From contig NC_068993.1 of NCBI RefSeq assembly GCF_001194135.2, positions 54,352,346 to 54,416,345 of the forward strand: a stretch of 64,000 nt of DNA, in the 5' to 3' direction. Below are positions 22,905 through 36,393 of the stretch, piece by piece. Origin of the DNA: Octopus bimaculoides (lineage: Eukaryota). The notes below the pieces were generated by a model. It searched no databases, had not been told where the DNA came from, and was given only the letters and a program-made list of their open reading frames with translations. The translations under genes and the position numbers were made by a program. Each line of letters begins with the position of its first letter. Within the stretch, counting starts at the first letter, position 1.

Positions 22905-23048
22905 AAGGTTACCCATTTGCAGCTGAGTGGACTGGGGCAACATAAAATGAAATGTTTTGCTGAAGAATACAATGCACAGCCAATCTGGGAACTGAAACCA
23001 AAATCTCGCAATTGGGAGTGCAACACCCTAACCACTGGGCTATGTACT
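22905..23048 (-). mobile_element. tRNA-derived SINE head (second family)
   Basis: Reverse complement of the head seen at 62053. Confidence 0.6.
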
Positions 23049-23399
23049 TGACTGAGTGACCAATGACTTCTTTATACTGTCTTCAAGACTAACTTTTGGG
23101 CATTTAAAATGTTCCACATTGGTTCCAAAATCTGTGTAAATCATGTAGGTGGAAATGTATTGAATGGTAAACACGAAAAAATTGGCTGGAGGATAAAAAG
23201 GAAAAAACTTATTGGCAATTGCTGGTAACTCTCAAAGATAATTCCATGAAATTAATAATTGGTTCTGCAGAAAATCTAATTTTTATGCTTAGGAAAACAA
23301 ACTCATCTTTGAAAACAAGACATTTGTATAACAGAGCCAGAAGCGGTTTCAGCTGGATTGGTATCAAAAGGGTTAAGAATGGTTTCTCTATTATATATT

Positions 23400-23628
23400 T
23401 TGACCCTTTTGTTACAATATTTCTGTTGAGATGCTCTGTGTTTCTTTCAATTAATTTTAAATATAACAAAAAATTTAGTAAAATAACTTAGTTATCATTA
23501 AGCTAGTGTTAGAAACATAAATTGTGACTAAGGTTTGATGGAAGATTTTAATTCAAAACTTATGAAAACAAGACATTTGTACTCAGAGCCAGAACCGGTT
23601 TCAGCTGGGTTGGTAATGAAAGGGTTAA
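23400..23628. mobile_element. piggyBac-like (TTAA-CCCTTT ends) MITE
   Basis: TTGACCCTTTTGTTAC ... AATGAAAGGGTTAA; related partial copies at 10350-10507 and about 23240-23376. Confidence 0.7.
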
Positions 23629-23644
23629 CTCTACTTAACTCCAT

Positions 23645-23850
23645 ATTCTTTCCTATTATAGGCACAAGGCTTGAGATTTTGGGGGAGGGGAGACAGTTGA
23701 TTACATTGACCCCAGTGTATGACTGGTACTTATTCCATTGATTCTGAAAGGATGAAAAACAAAGTTGATCTCGATGGAATTTGAACTCAGTACGTGAAAA
23801 TGGGTAAAATGCTGCCAAGCATTTTTATCCAGCATGCTAAAGACTCTGCT
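23645..23850 (-). mobile_element. Nin-domain-type SINE, degraded
   Basis: Reverse-complement similarity to 33798-34011. Confidence 0.65.
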
Positions 23851-24559
23851 AACTCATTGTCTCTACTTAAATCTATATTAACAACCATTCTTGTCCATGC
23901 TACTCATTATCTATGTCTATTCTATTAAGTCAACAACAGAGCATCCCTTATCAGTCAACCTGCTAGAAACAACAGTCATATTTTCTAAAAATCACATCTC
24001 ACCGTCTTAAAAAACCGAAAGTGATGACCACCGCAACTTACAGGTTTCTCTAAAATACACAAGTTGAGGGTGGTCGCAACAAGAATGTCCTTCCTCAAAA
24101 GTTGTTCAATCACGGCTGACCCGGAGTTAAACAAATTCTACTCCAGTTACCATCCACTACCAACAATCTCTACTGTAGCTACCATTCACTGCTACGGTAG
24201 CTATTTTACACTATTCTCTAGTTACCATCTAATAATATGTATCTCTGCTGTAGGTACCATGCACTACTATTGAACTCTAGTTACCAGCCAATACCATCTA
24301 CCTTTACTCCAGATGCCACCCACCTCTCCATCAACCATCCACCACTGTTAAAAAGTTCCTAAAATATCAACCGATATTATGGACAACTGTTTACTCGGAT
24401 TACAGGTATTTATTATTGGACAAAAATTTTGTGAAAGAAATAAAATACTGTAAATGGGAATTGCTTGAAAAGTCAAATTTTCTCACTTATTTTGTGAATA
24501 TAATTCTTGAATTTAAGGTGTGCGTAGGAAAGTGAAGGGATTGATAAAGCAAAAAGAAA

Positions 24560-24608
<49 letters not shown>

Positions 24609-27600
24609 ATACCTATGACCTAATTTGAACACTAAATATATCTAGACTTATCTTAGAGGTGAAGTATAATGACATTGGAAGAAATAGAACAGCTATTAAT
24701 AGCTTTGGGGCTAGAGGAAACAAGTTCAATCTCAGCTAACAGTGGACGATAGCTTGGCTCACTTTTCCCACTGCAATTAGGTCAGTGTTATTTTTGTTTA
24801 GAAACAAATGAGTTCTAAATGAGTGGACCAGAGATCATAGGCATTCCAAATGTGACCATTCCTTCTTTATTTTGGCTGGTGTAAATAGTACTATGCTATA
24901 TAATGTGTTCCTTTTTTTCAAGATATGTATGATTTGGGAGAGATTCCTGAAGTAGATCCAATGGAAGTGTACCACAACTGCAGATGACAACAGGTAGCCT
25001 AAACAGTGCCGGTGCTCTACCCAACATTTAAACACTAATCGACTTATATTTATTTGTTCAATCAATCAGTCTGTCTGTCTGTCAGTATCTATCTATCTAG
25101 CTATCTATGTATATACACACACATCAGCATTTTTATGTCAACTTTTCCATGCTAGCATGGGTCAGACAGAATTTGTCAAAAGTAGATTTTTTTTTATGGC
25201 TAGCTGCCATAAAAGTTGACATAAAAATGTTCTCAAGCAAGGTTACTATTTTCCCCATAGCTGGACATGTTTACACAGAAGATTGGAAACAAAAGACACC
25301 TCTTGTAGCATAGTGACAGTTGCTTGCAATTATCATATGATGTCAAAACAAAGAGAGAGACAAACAAACACACATATGTGTGCAATGGGCTTCTTTCAGT
25401 TTCCTTCTACTATATCCACTTACACAGCTTTAGTCAGCCCAAGGTTACAGAAGACATTTACCAAAGGTGTCAACAGTGACTTTTGCTGTTCAAGCTGGAA
25501 AATACAGACATGATAAGAAAGTAGCTGCTGTTTTATCAGACAGACTGTTGATCTTGTCTGGTCATTCCTATCTGTTAAGGTGACATATTTCATATAAAGT
25601 CATTAACTTTATCATCGTCGTCACTGAAAAATAATGTATATATTTCCATTGTTTGTTGGGAACTAAAGTATGAACAGTTACTGGTGAATGGACACCGGTG
25701 ACCAGCTACAGGTCATTAAATACTAACAATGGACAGCCAAAGGAGAAAGTAGTGACCAGTTATTAGTAAAAAAAAACACCTGTGGACTACTAGTTGTGAT
25801 TGAACACCTACATGTTCGAGAGGCAGTAGTAGCAGAAGCATAGACAAGTTCTATAGTGGGGAAAAGCTCATAACAAAAAAAGGCGCTGTGACACATATTA
25901 AATAATTGTTAAACTCATATCTCAATTGTTGAAGAAGGACCAATTTTGAAAAATGTGTTTGGGGGTGGTGAGGTGCCACTCCCCTTGCTCCCATTAGCCG
26001 AGCCACTGAGGAGTAGTAGTAGTGGTGGTGGTGCTGATAGTAGTAGTAATGGATGTAGTGGTGGTGATGGTGGTAGCAGTGGCAACAGTAAGAATCTAGG
26101 TGGATGTTGTTTACGTGATTAATATACTAAGCAAGATTAGTAAACCAGATCTATCACTATTCATGCTAAAACCTTCAGATTATCAGTTACTACAAAACTA
26201 CTTGTTTGCCAGTTCTCAGATGCAATATTTTCACTTCATCTTTGCTTTGCTGATGTCTTTGGAAAAGGCATAAATGTTACAAATACCAACTATTCACGTT
26301 CCTTCAAAATATGCCAAACTTCTTGGTTGTTTCTGATGAATTAATTAAACTCTGTTTCTCTTTTTTTGTATTTCACCTAATCTATATTTAGAGGATTAAG
26401 CCACTGCAGTCGGCCTAACAAGTAAACCCGACCCAAATTAAGTCAAGGTAGCCACTGTCTCTTTGAAATAGTAGCTAAATCACCTCCATATCCATACATT
26501 GTCTTAAAAAGAAGGACACATTACATAACATAGATTCTTTGATACATGGTCTGAAACTAAAAAGGAACAGTCAGTTGAAATGTTTATGATCACATGCAGA
26601 GCTTATTTGATTGCCAAACAATGTTGCCCAATTCTCAGGCAGAGAGTTCCAAACTAAGACCCACTACTAGCTGAGACAGAACCTATTTCTTCTACCACCA
26701 AAGCCCATTCTATTGCAGAGTGTTTCTATCTCTTCCAATGTCATTGTAGTTCACCTTTGGGGTAGGTCTAGATATATTTAGCATTCTAATTAGGTCAAAG
26801 CTATATCGTCTCCCCCTCTCTCTCAAGTATCAGCTTTATCAGTTCTCTCCTCACTTTCTTACACAGGCCCTTTATTCAAGAATTACATTGACAAGATATG
26901 AAAGGCATTCTAGTCATGATTATGTAGTTTTCAAAGGTATATAATGTGTCCTTTCCCTTTTTAAAATGATACAATGTGATTTGAGTGGGATTTGGCAGCT
27001 ATTTCTAGCAGGTCAAGCAACTACATGGAGGTTTCCTCATTTACGCTTGGGAAGACATAGTAGTTGTTGTTGGTGGTGGTGGATGTAGGCTAAAATGATG
27101 TCCCAGGGAGAAGCAGATAAAACCTGAAAATTTTAAGATTTACATGTACGATGACGACACAGAATGGAGATGTTTACAGTTCAGGAGTTGAACCACTGAG
27201 CCCCAGGATGTTGAAGAGAAACCTTGACTAAGCAATAACATGAACCTGCACAACTGACACAACTCTAATTGATAATGGATTTTCCTCTCATTCACAGGGG
27301 AATAATTATTGGTTTGAAGCACAAAGACTATTCAGATTAACAATGTGAAAATGTAGATATTTGTATAACCATTCTACCCATACAGGAAAAATGTAATCAC
27401 AGTAAAATGGACATAAAACGATGAGGATGATGATTAATAATGCTTCACTGCATTTTGTAGAAGAGAAAGTAAATTCTTGGCAAAGTAAAAAAAATCAGTA
27501 AACTAGTTTCTATTTCTAGATACAACTGTTTCCTTTGTATGACTCATGCCCAAGTAAAGGTTACAAACTTCCCTAAAATTTTGGCTTCTCTGAATATTCT

Positions 27601-27849
27601 CTGAATTGTTGTTTGATAGAATATATATTTCTGTAGCTGATTGTACTGGGTTTACATTCTGCTCAGGATGATTCAGTTGTTTGTCATTTTGCATGTATGT
27701 ATATGTGTGGATGTATGTGAATGTGAGTATGTGTGTGTGCACACGCATGTGCACATACCTGTGTGTGTGTATGTCTCCTTTGTTTTGACATTACACAATA
27801 ATTGTATGTAAGTGGCATCATCATACAAGTGACTCTAAGATATGGTTTT

Positions 27850-29200
27850 GCCTAGAGAGATCGTCAGTGGTAGTAAAGCCCAGCATTTGGAGTGACTGCG
27901 AGGGCTGCAGCTGAGTAAGCTCATGTTTAGTCATGGGTATGGTGCAGTGATGTTTTCTTGATATGAGTAATGCTTGAGTGCTTTTGCTGTTAATAGAAAC
28001 AAGACTGGCATGGGCCCCACTGACGGACGCTCTTAAGATCTTTGTTCATGGAGTCAATGCAGGTTTGGTGTGAGGTGTCTGGGCTGCACATAGATGATGC
28101 ATGATTGGGGAAAGTTAAGGAGGAATAAAGGCTTATGTCACCTGCATGAGAATAGCTATTGTTGGGTGTGGCAGCAAGTAGGTCTTTGATAGAAGGAAGT
28201 GAGTGTCAGACAAAACAAAACATTGAGGAACATCAGAACTCATTGAGAATGGGGAGGAGAAAGAGTTTTGTCAACAGATGATCAGATGGTACAATTAGAT
28301 AGAAGGGTATCATCTCGCACTGCATCAGTATGAGATGATTGCAAGAGCCATGAGTTGTGAATAGTGAAGTTGTTGAGGACAATGACTACAGAGAGGAGAG
28401 GAAAGAGGTGAGATAAACGTTCTCAATGCAAGAGATGTGGTCAAAGGAGTAGCCGTGGTCTGAAAAGTTTGGAGAGCAACAAGGGGAGCAGATGTATTCG
28501 GGGGAATGAGGATGGGAGACTTTGAGCCAAGTTAATGGGAAGGTATCATCATCATTTAATGTTCGTTTTCCATGGCATGGGTTGAATGGTTTGACAGGAG
28601 CTGGTAAGACTAGGAATTGCACCAGGTTCCATGGTCTGTTTTGGCTTAGTTTCTATAGTTAGATGTCCTTCCTAATGCCAACCACTTTACAGAGTATACT
28701 GGGTGCTTTTAACATGGCACCATCACCAGTGCTTTTTATGTAGCACCATCATCAGTGCTTTTTATATGACACCATCACTAGTGCATTTTACGGGGCACCA
28801 GTATCATTGCAGAAATCCAGGTGAGAGAGGTGAAAGGCAGAAAGAGTGGACTCCATATATAGTAAGACTCCACCTTTTGAAGTGAAATCTGGGTAGAGTG
28901 TGTATCCTGGACAGTAGAAATGGGTTGAAGATCAGGGTCAAGAAATTTGTGCATCAAAGAGAAATGTATGGGATCTAGATTGGAGAGAAGACCTTGGATG
29001 TTTGAGAAGAGGGAAGGGGTAGAATTGGTTGTGGGATCTGGATCTATTATTTTTGGCATTGAAGGAACTGTAGTAGGGAATAGTCAAGTAGATCCTTGTG
29101 CTAGAAGTCTGGTCTGAATGCTTGCAATGGAAACAAACTTTGCCAATGCCACTCAAGGACCAGAAGATGGTGCTAAATCAGGCAACATGGTGCACCTATC
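27850..29200 (-). mobile_element. Degraded, internally deleted CR1/L2-like LINE, interrupted by an RTE tail
   Basis: Endonuclease-start-like SNIQGLLSNL near 29000; RT-like YSHAGD (YADD-like) and NKDLKSVRQWG near 28000-28200. Confidence 0.5.
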
Positions 29201-31343
29201 CCCACCCTGAAAGGGGACATTCCAAGCTCAACAGAAGGTCCATTTTAGTTGCAAAAGGATGAACAATAGAACGAGAGAGAGAGAGATCATAGTGGTAGTA
29301 ATGACGTCTTTAATGTACCTGGACAAACTATCATTACATTTGTCTTTTCTCTTCTTCGGTAAGCATTATTGGAAAAGGTAGTACAATTAATGCAAGAGGA
29401 CGTAGTTTCGACTCTTCCCGGGCCTTTCACTCATTTTAAAGAGTTCTGATGTTGCTATAAACAATATACTTCGATAATGGATGTTGTGAATTTTAGTCCA
29501 CACCAAGCTGAATTCCTCTTTCAGCCACCCAGAGCTTATTCCAGTCATGAAATGTGTCGAACCAATTGACTAAGAACCAGGAATAAATTGTGAAAGAATG
29601 GTCAGTGCCTTCACTAATTTATCATTATTAATGATGTTAGTCAACACAAGAGGGAATAGGAAATTGCATCTAGGTTTCAATCCTTAGCTACCAAACTTTT
29701 GTTCATAATTAACTGTGTAATTTCATATTTAAGAAATTATATTATTATTCTGACAGAATAAAACAACCTTAATATATAGTAGCACGTTACTCCAATCACG
29801 AGTTTCGATTTAAAAATATGAGTCAAGTTGAGTAGGATACACACAAACACACACATTGGAAATTAGTTTGTATAATCATTCCTTGAATATTAAAACTGAT
29901 TTCTGTTGTTTAGAGAGATGGCAGGTTAATAACAAATTTAGGAATAAAACAAGAAATATTTTTTCTTCGAAGAAACGTTGGAGTTCACGTCTCCAGAAGT
30001 TACGAGTATTTGAATATTTTGACTTATTTACAATCAATTCCACAATAACTGATAGAACACAAACAGAAATATTTTATCGCAAAACCTGACAGAAAGTGCT
30101 CCAGTTAAGATGTAAACGATATTTAAATGTAGAGAGAGAGAGAGAGAAAGAGAGAGAATATAAGATTTAATTCAAAAATGAAATACATAAAATTTGTGCA
30201 CCAGGTCCGAGACCGGGTTTTGTGTAGAAGTGGTGGTGGTGCGTGCGTGCGTGCATGCATGTGTGTATGCGTGAGTGTACGCATTGTGTATATGTGTGTG
30301 CGTACGCGTGCGAAAAATGAGTTGTTTTCTTTGGCGCTGGAAAAATAATAATTAGATAAAAGAGGTCGATTCAATGACACTCCGATGAACCAAGGAATAA
30401 TAGTGCACACCAATTAAATCGAAGTACTATTTCTGTTTCCTATATGAATACACCGAAAGAGTGTTAGCAAAAATAAGTACTCACCATGTGACTTAGGTGG
30501 TCCGATCTAGTCTTCACTTTGATTATAGAGAGGAGTAATTAAGCAAGACATTAAAACTGCCACCATTGGAGTGTTGACAAAAGATTTCATATAATTACTA
30601 TTCGTGTCCGTTATAAATGAAAATCATAGAAACCGTAGGGTATATATCTCACGTAGAGGTGGAAACAGAGACAGAGAATGTCATAATGAGATGATTTACT
30701 ATAAATATAAAGTTAAAACACACAGAAGTGTGTTTGTGTGTTGTTTACATGTTGGTAAAAATTAGATAACTTTCGCATGCAAAACGCAATATTGTTCTTC
30801 CGGTGTCATAAATAAGTATGTCTTCATTAGTCTTATCGTCCACCGGTCATATGAATAGATATGTCACCTTCATTTTATATTTCTTCTATTCTCGTCAGAT
30901 GAATTCCTGGGAACGATAGCCTATACAAAAATCGGTGTAGTTTATATGAAAAGAGGGTTAGAAATATATAAATACTTAATATGTGTATTAGATTATATGT
31001 GCCAGGTGCTTGTCTCCAGAACTAATACTTAATGTAACTTTGTTTATGTAACAACAAATGGGAAGTTGTAATTTGATGTTAATAACCTTGCAAGCCGAGG
31101 TGATATATATAATAGTATATTCTGCAGTCTCGTAGACTACTTTTAACGTTGCTCAGCAAATTTAATCATTGGTGACATAACTCGCATACGCATCTATCTA
31201 TCTATCTGTCTGTCTGTCTGTGTATGTATGTATGTATGTATGTATCTGTGTGTATGTTGGACAAAACAAAAGAAAACACCACTTTGTATTTAACTATTTG
31301 CTTTCTATTGGCAGTACGACATATTCAAAACTGTTGCAGTCTG

Positions 31344-31378
<35 letters not shown>

Positions 31379-31724
31379 NNNNNNNNNNNNNNNNNNNNNN
31401 NNNNNNNNNNNNNNNNNNNNNNNNNNNNNNNNNNNNNNNNNNNNNNNNNNNNNNNNNNNNNNGTTTATATGCATTATGTATGTCTTGATATTGTCACCCG
31501 TTTCCCTCCCTTTTCACTCCCCAGATATTTAAGTGAGTTAAAATGCGTGCGACCTATCTGATTTATGAAGAGGACAAATTGTTGGAGTGAAGATGGCTAC
31601 AGCTTCAGTTATAAAAATTGTGAAATTGTGTAAGATTTTGGGAGGTAATCTCTAAAATGATGTTCGAATTGGTACTCAAATTCCAAAAACCAAAATAAAA
31701 TCAGCTCTGGCAAGCATAATTGTG

Positions 31725-32140
31725 AACGAAAGGCAAAGCTTGGAAGGACCGCGGAATGGTGAAACGTATTGTGTCTAAAACCTTTTGAATTACGGCAGCA
31801 ATAGTGACTCCAGAGTTAAACGACCATCTTGCCGACCAACCATATTTCTATTAAAGCCATTCGTCTTGAGTCCCATAAAGTTGGATGCTATAAGAGTGCT
31901 GTAATTATTAAATCTCTCCTGTCACTCATCAACACTGATAAGTAGAACTTACTCTTTTCCTCACACTTCAGAATGAGTTTATATCTGGAGGCAGTTCAAA
32001 GAAGCCTTCTATTCTGTTTGGCTCCTACCATGAACCGTGGCGGTAGCTGTGTAATCATTTGGGCAGCCAAATTACGGAATTCTCTTGGCTGTTTAGTTGT
32101 TCTGCATGGCAGAATTAACACCAAGGATTATCATGTCCAT
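31725..32140 (+). mobile_element. Degraded Tc1-like transposase fragment
   Basis: Fragments ...MVKRIVSK..ITAAIVTPELNDHL and CLAPTMNRGGSCVIIWAA resemble Tc1 TVKHGGGSVMIWAA. Confidence 0.65.
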
Positions 32141-33797
32141 CCTACGGTATTATCGTGAGGACGCTTTATTCACCATTGTGGTGATAGTTGCTTGTTGGTG
32201 TGTGTGTGTTGTTGTTGACCACTGTCTTGTGTATATAACAAATGAAGCAACTGACGAACTTTTAACATATTTATTGCTGGAAATAATTTACTGCGTTGGC
32301 TGTTTACAAAAGAAAGATGCTGATAATATGTCTACCAACCAGGAAGAGAGAACCGTGATGTGTCTTGTTAAAAGCTAGCTGTCGTACATCGTGTGTGAGT
32401 GTCCAAAGCTATCTCTTGCTCGGCATGATCTGTCCGATATGGTCTACGCGAATACCCAAGGCCGTCTGGCTGAGTTAAGAACTAAACGGTTTTTGTAAAG
32501 TGAAAAGGGGATGAATTTTAAATAATCTGAGGAGCCATATTATACCATAGCTTTGCGCTGATTGGTCGATTTATAGATCAATTACGTGAAACTGTGGTGG
32601 CTCGCTTGTCGGGGTTCGAATCCCCACAGAATAAATGTTATTCACTGATGGTAGTATGATCATCCAGGATAATAATGTATCAATTCACGCGGCTAATATT
32701 ATTTAAAATTAGTACGAAGAGCACAAAAGTGTAGTTGACCATTTTGATTAGCTCCCACAAGCAACGGATCTCAATATAATTGGACATTAATGGTGCTGTG
32801 GACCTTGATAGCTGGGAGCTGTATACCTGTTCAGGCTGCAATATTGTTTCCTTTATAAAATCAAGTTATAATATTCAGTTTTCAATGAATCATATTTATT
32901 TCTAAAATGATGTTACAGAGGTTACTTGCTGAAAGCTCTTCAGCTGAATGTCAGGGGAGTGTTTATGTAGGAAGAGAGGAGAAAATGTAAATCTTCATTA
33001 TCAGGTGAGGTGGTCTTTTAACTCGCTGTCGAGTGCCATGGCTGACCAAAAATTCTCTGCAAAGTTTCTGCATTCATTTGTCTCCCCCTCTACTGCCACC
33101 GTCTTCAACCAATGCTAATTCTACTCTGTTTTATATTTTCCACGCATATCGATTTATAACCATCATTTCGCTCGATACTCTATTGTAGGATTTCCCATTA
33201 CTCTTAACCCCACTACAAAAATACACCAGGATAGCAATTGGCTAAATGCAGGCAGAGATCACCCGATGTGAACTATCGCTATCAAATATAGAAATTTGAT
33301 ATGTAGTGGTTTTTGTCTGTTACAAAACTATCACGGTCTCGAAAACTAAGTTACAGCAGCACTAACAACGGATATTTCTTGGGTTATCTAAGTTGATCTG
33401 AACTTGACTCAAGGTGGTGAGGAAGTTGACAGCTGATTTTCTAGAGAACAACGAAAAGAAGCATTCAGACTGAGGCTTCAATTCCCGATCGAGAATCCAG
33501 GATCTAATCGCTTCATATATCAACAGTGACCTTAATATATTGTTTTAAATGCAGAGCCCGTTTTTGTGTAGTTTCCATTAATTCTTTTTTAAGTTATTAC
33601 ATGTGTTTATTCTCCTTCCCACAACTCTCTATATCTCTCAAGTTATCTCTGTTAGCCTGCACAAATGATGGAGAAATTATTCTTAGCAGAGAAGATCTAA
33701 TTAGACTAAAACCATATTCAGAGTTGTCACCGTATAGCCAATATCAGATTCGCTTCCCTCTGCATTGACCATATTCTATTTTTAATTAATTGATTAA

Positions 33798-34011
33798 GGG
33801 GGCGAGCTGGCAGAATCGATAGAAAACCGGGCAAAATGCCTAGCGGCATTTCGTCCGTCTTTACGTTCTGAGTTCAAATTTTGCCGATGTCGACCCCGTC
33901 TTCCATCCGTTCGGGGGCGATAAAAAAGAATACTAGTAGGTGCATTGGGGTCAATATAATCGACTTATCCCGCCCCAGATATTACTAGCCTTGTGCCAAA
34001 ATTTGAAACCC
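33798..34011 (+). mobile_element. Nin-domain-type tRNA SINE
   Basis: 13-bp TSD ATTAATTGATTAA on both sides; tRNA-like head. Confidence 0.8.
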
Positions 34012-35423
34012 ATTAATTGATTAATTAATTAATTAAAATTCAGGGATTGTCTTGTTTGCCTTTCTTGACCATAACTGATCTTTGAGCTAATGATAATTTA
34101 AAACAATTGCAGCGTGGAAGACACAAGTTAACCATTCAGAAACACAGAAAGACAGCTAACTCCACTTAAAATTGATTGTAATATGGTGTCGAAATTTTTG
34201 TCGTTCAAAACTGCGACTTAAGCACCCACAACATTCCCCACTACGGTGCGATTTGAATTATTTAAATCGAAACTTATTGGTCCACTACAGTAAGTATGTA
34301 AGTAGCAGACAACAGTCAGACAAAGAGATAGATAGTGATCCAATCAATACGGCTTTCAGTTGTAGGATGACATCAGTAACGTTTCATTCCCTCCATCCAC
34401 CCTTCCATCTTTATCCAGTCATCTATCCGTATCAACCCTTATCTACGACCCTAATGCTCAATGTAACTTTTACACTTAACTTCAACCCTAATCTTAATCT
34501 AAACCTTAAACCCCACGTCTTTAGCGAGGGATAACACCAGAAATAGCTATGAGGAAAACGTCACGAGGAGAACGTCATGAAACTATGAGCTGGACTGTGT
34601 GACAAAAGGAGACTGTTGTTTGTGAGATACAGTATATCTGTTGCTTTTGTAATATGTACTTTTAAGTCTGTATTGGATTTCGCGATAACATGATCCACAC
34701 CAAAAGCTACTGTTCCTGCTCATAATATTGTTCTACACAAAATAGACCAGACACGATGCGCATGACTTGACCTATACGTAATTATAGACGTATGTATGAC
34801 AGTCTTCTTTTTTTTTTTTTTAGAAATAAATTCTTTGAATTTTTCCACCAAAGAAAAGGCTGTTGTCTAACGATGAGAGTAAAAGCTATCAGAATTTAGA
34901 TATCAACATGTTGAACATTAGTGAAAGCTTTCCTATTTCACTTATTTTGTAGGATCAATATTTGGTGGTCTTTTCTTTTCAAGGAAACCCAACCTTTAAA
35001 AGATTATTGAATATTTAGTAATATACGCAAGTCCACCGATAATCACAAGTACGAATGAATAATCCGAGGAGAGGAAAGAACGGACTTATTCCCCACTAAA
35101 ACGCCCGTATTTAATTAAAATTCCAGGGTTGTCTCCCTTGGTCGATCATTCCGCTGTTTCTCCCATCAGTTGCAATTATGATTTTTTTTGGCTCACTATA
35201 CCATGTATGACTTTACAATTGAATTTTCACGCAGAGCATGTCCCTGGGGTTCTCACTGATTTGTTTTTCAAATGTTCATCGGCTGTGCAGCTGATCTTAA
35301 CAACAGTTGGGAGGCTTTTTTCTCTCTTAACTACTTGAAACCTGAGTATAAGCATTTAGTGGAATATTGATGGGAGTTCGTGTGTTGAAGCATATTCTGT
35401 TGTGTCTAGGGAAAGCCATTCTC

Positions 35424-35551
35424 TTTTGGTGCCTTATAATTTAACATACTCACCGATAAAATTTCCACACACAACGAAAATTTTACAAAAAATAAAAAAG
35501 AAATAAGTGGAAATTTTACCAGTGAGTGTGTTAAATTATAAGGCACCAAAG
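35424..35551. repeat. Short palindromic MITE-like element
   Basis: TTTGGTGCCTTATAATTTAACA...TGTTAAATTATAAGGCACCAAA. Confidence 0.75.
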
Positions 35552-35745
35552 AAAAATAAATTGATGGGAATATTCCACCAATATTCTTTTGTCCTGGATC
35601 AGTTCTTCTTGCTCTGGGACAAGTACATGGTCTTGTACATTGTTTTAGCAATAACGTCATATCACCCAGGAAGGCAATATCTTAATGACGTCTTGGGGGA
35701 GACTATTTCATTACACTCTACATCGTCCATAAAAAAAAAAAGTGG

Positions 35746-36048
35746 CACTCGATCGGTTACAACGACAAAGGTTCCAGTCGATCCGATCAATGGAACAGCC
35801 AGCTCGTGAAGCTATCGTGCAAGTGGCTGAACACTCCACTGAGGGCCAGGAGATTCAGTGTAGCACAGAATTTGACAAGGCTGTCCTCTTTGAAATACAG
35901 GTAAAACTCCTTTTTGTGAGGTGAACGAACTGGAGCAACATGAAATAAAATATCTTGTTCAAGGAACACGACATACCGCTGGGAACCGAACACGCGACCT
36001 TACGATCGGGAGCCAAATACCCTAGCCACTAAGCCACGCGCCTTCACA
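35746..36048 (-). mobile_element. tRNA-derived SINE (second family)
   Basis: Head GGCGCGTGGCTTAGTGGCTAGGG...; body shared with 3241-3536. Confidence 0.78.
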
Positions 36049-36393
36049 TACTATCGTCCACAGATATATGAATTAATGGATATTAACCCTTTGAGACCGT
36101 AACAATGGTTTATCCGTGAATGGCTTATTTTTCTCTATACCGTAGCATCGCTCTATACGGTAGCACCGATGAAGAGTACTTTTTGGCTATCTCACCCCCA
36201 TTAAAAATTTGCCATTAAAAAACTGGATTAACTTCCACTAAAAAATTGAGTTTGTGTGGCAACAAGAATTTGGATTAAAGAGTTAGATCCGTTTGATTCT
36301 ATACTTCAAGACATTGTTGACGTTTGGTCTCCTCAATAGGCATGGTATGGTTTGTTATAAAGATCTTATCAGATCCAGTAAGATGTTTAATTA

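Noticed and set aside
27044-27123. Possible additional minus-strand 5'-UTR exon
   Set aside because: Only weak splice-like signals and no independent support.
32592-32628. tRNA-like CTGTGG...GGGGTTCGAATCCCCACAG fragment
   Set aside because: Lacks D and anticodon arms; too short for a tRNA gene.
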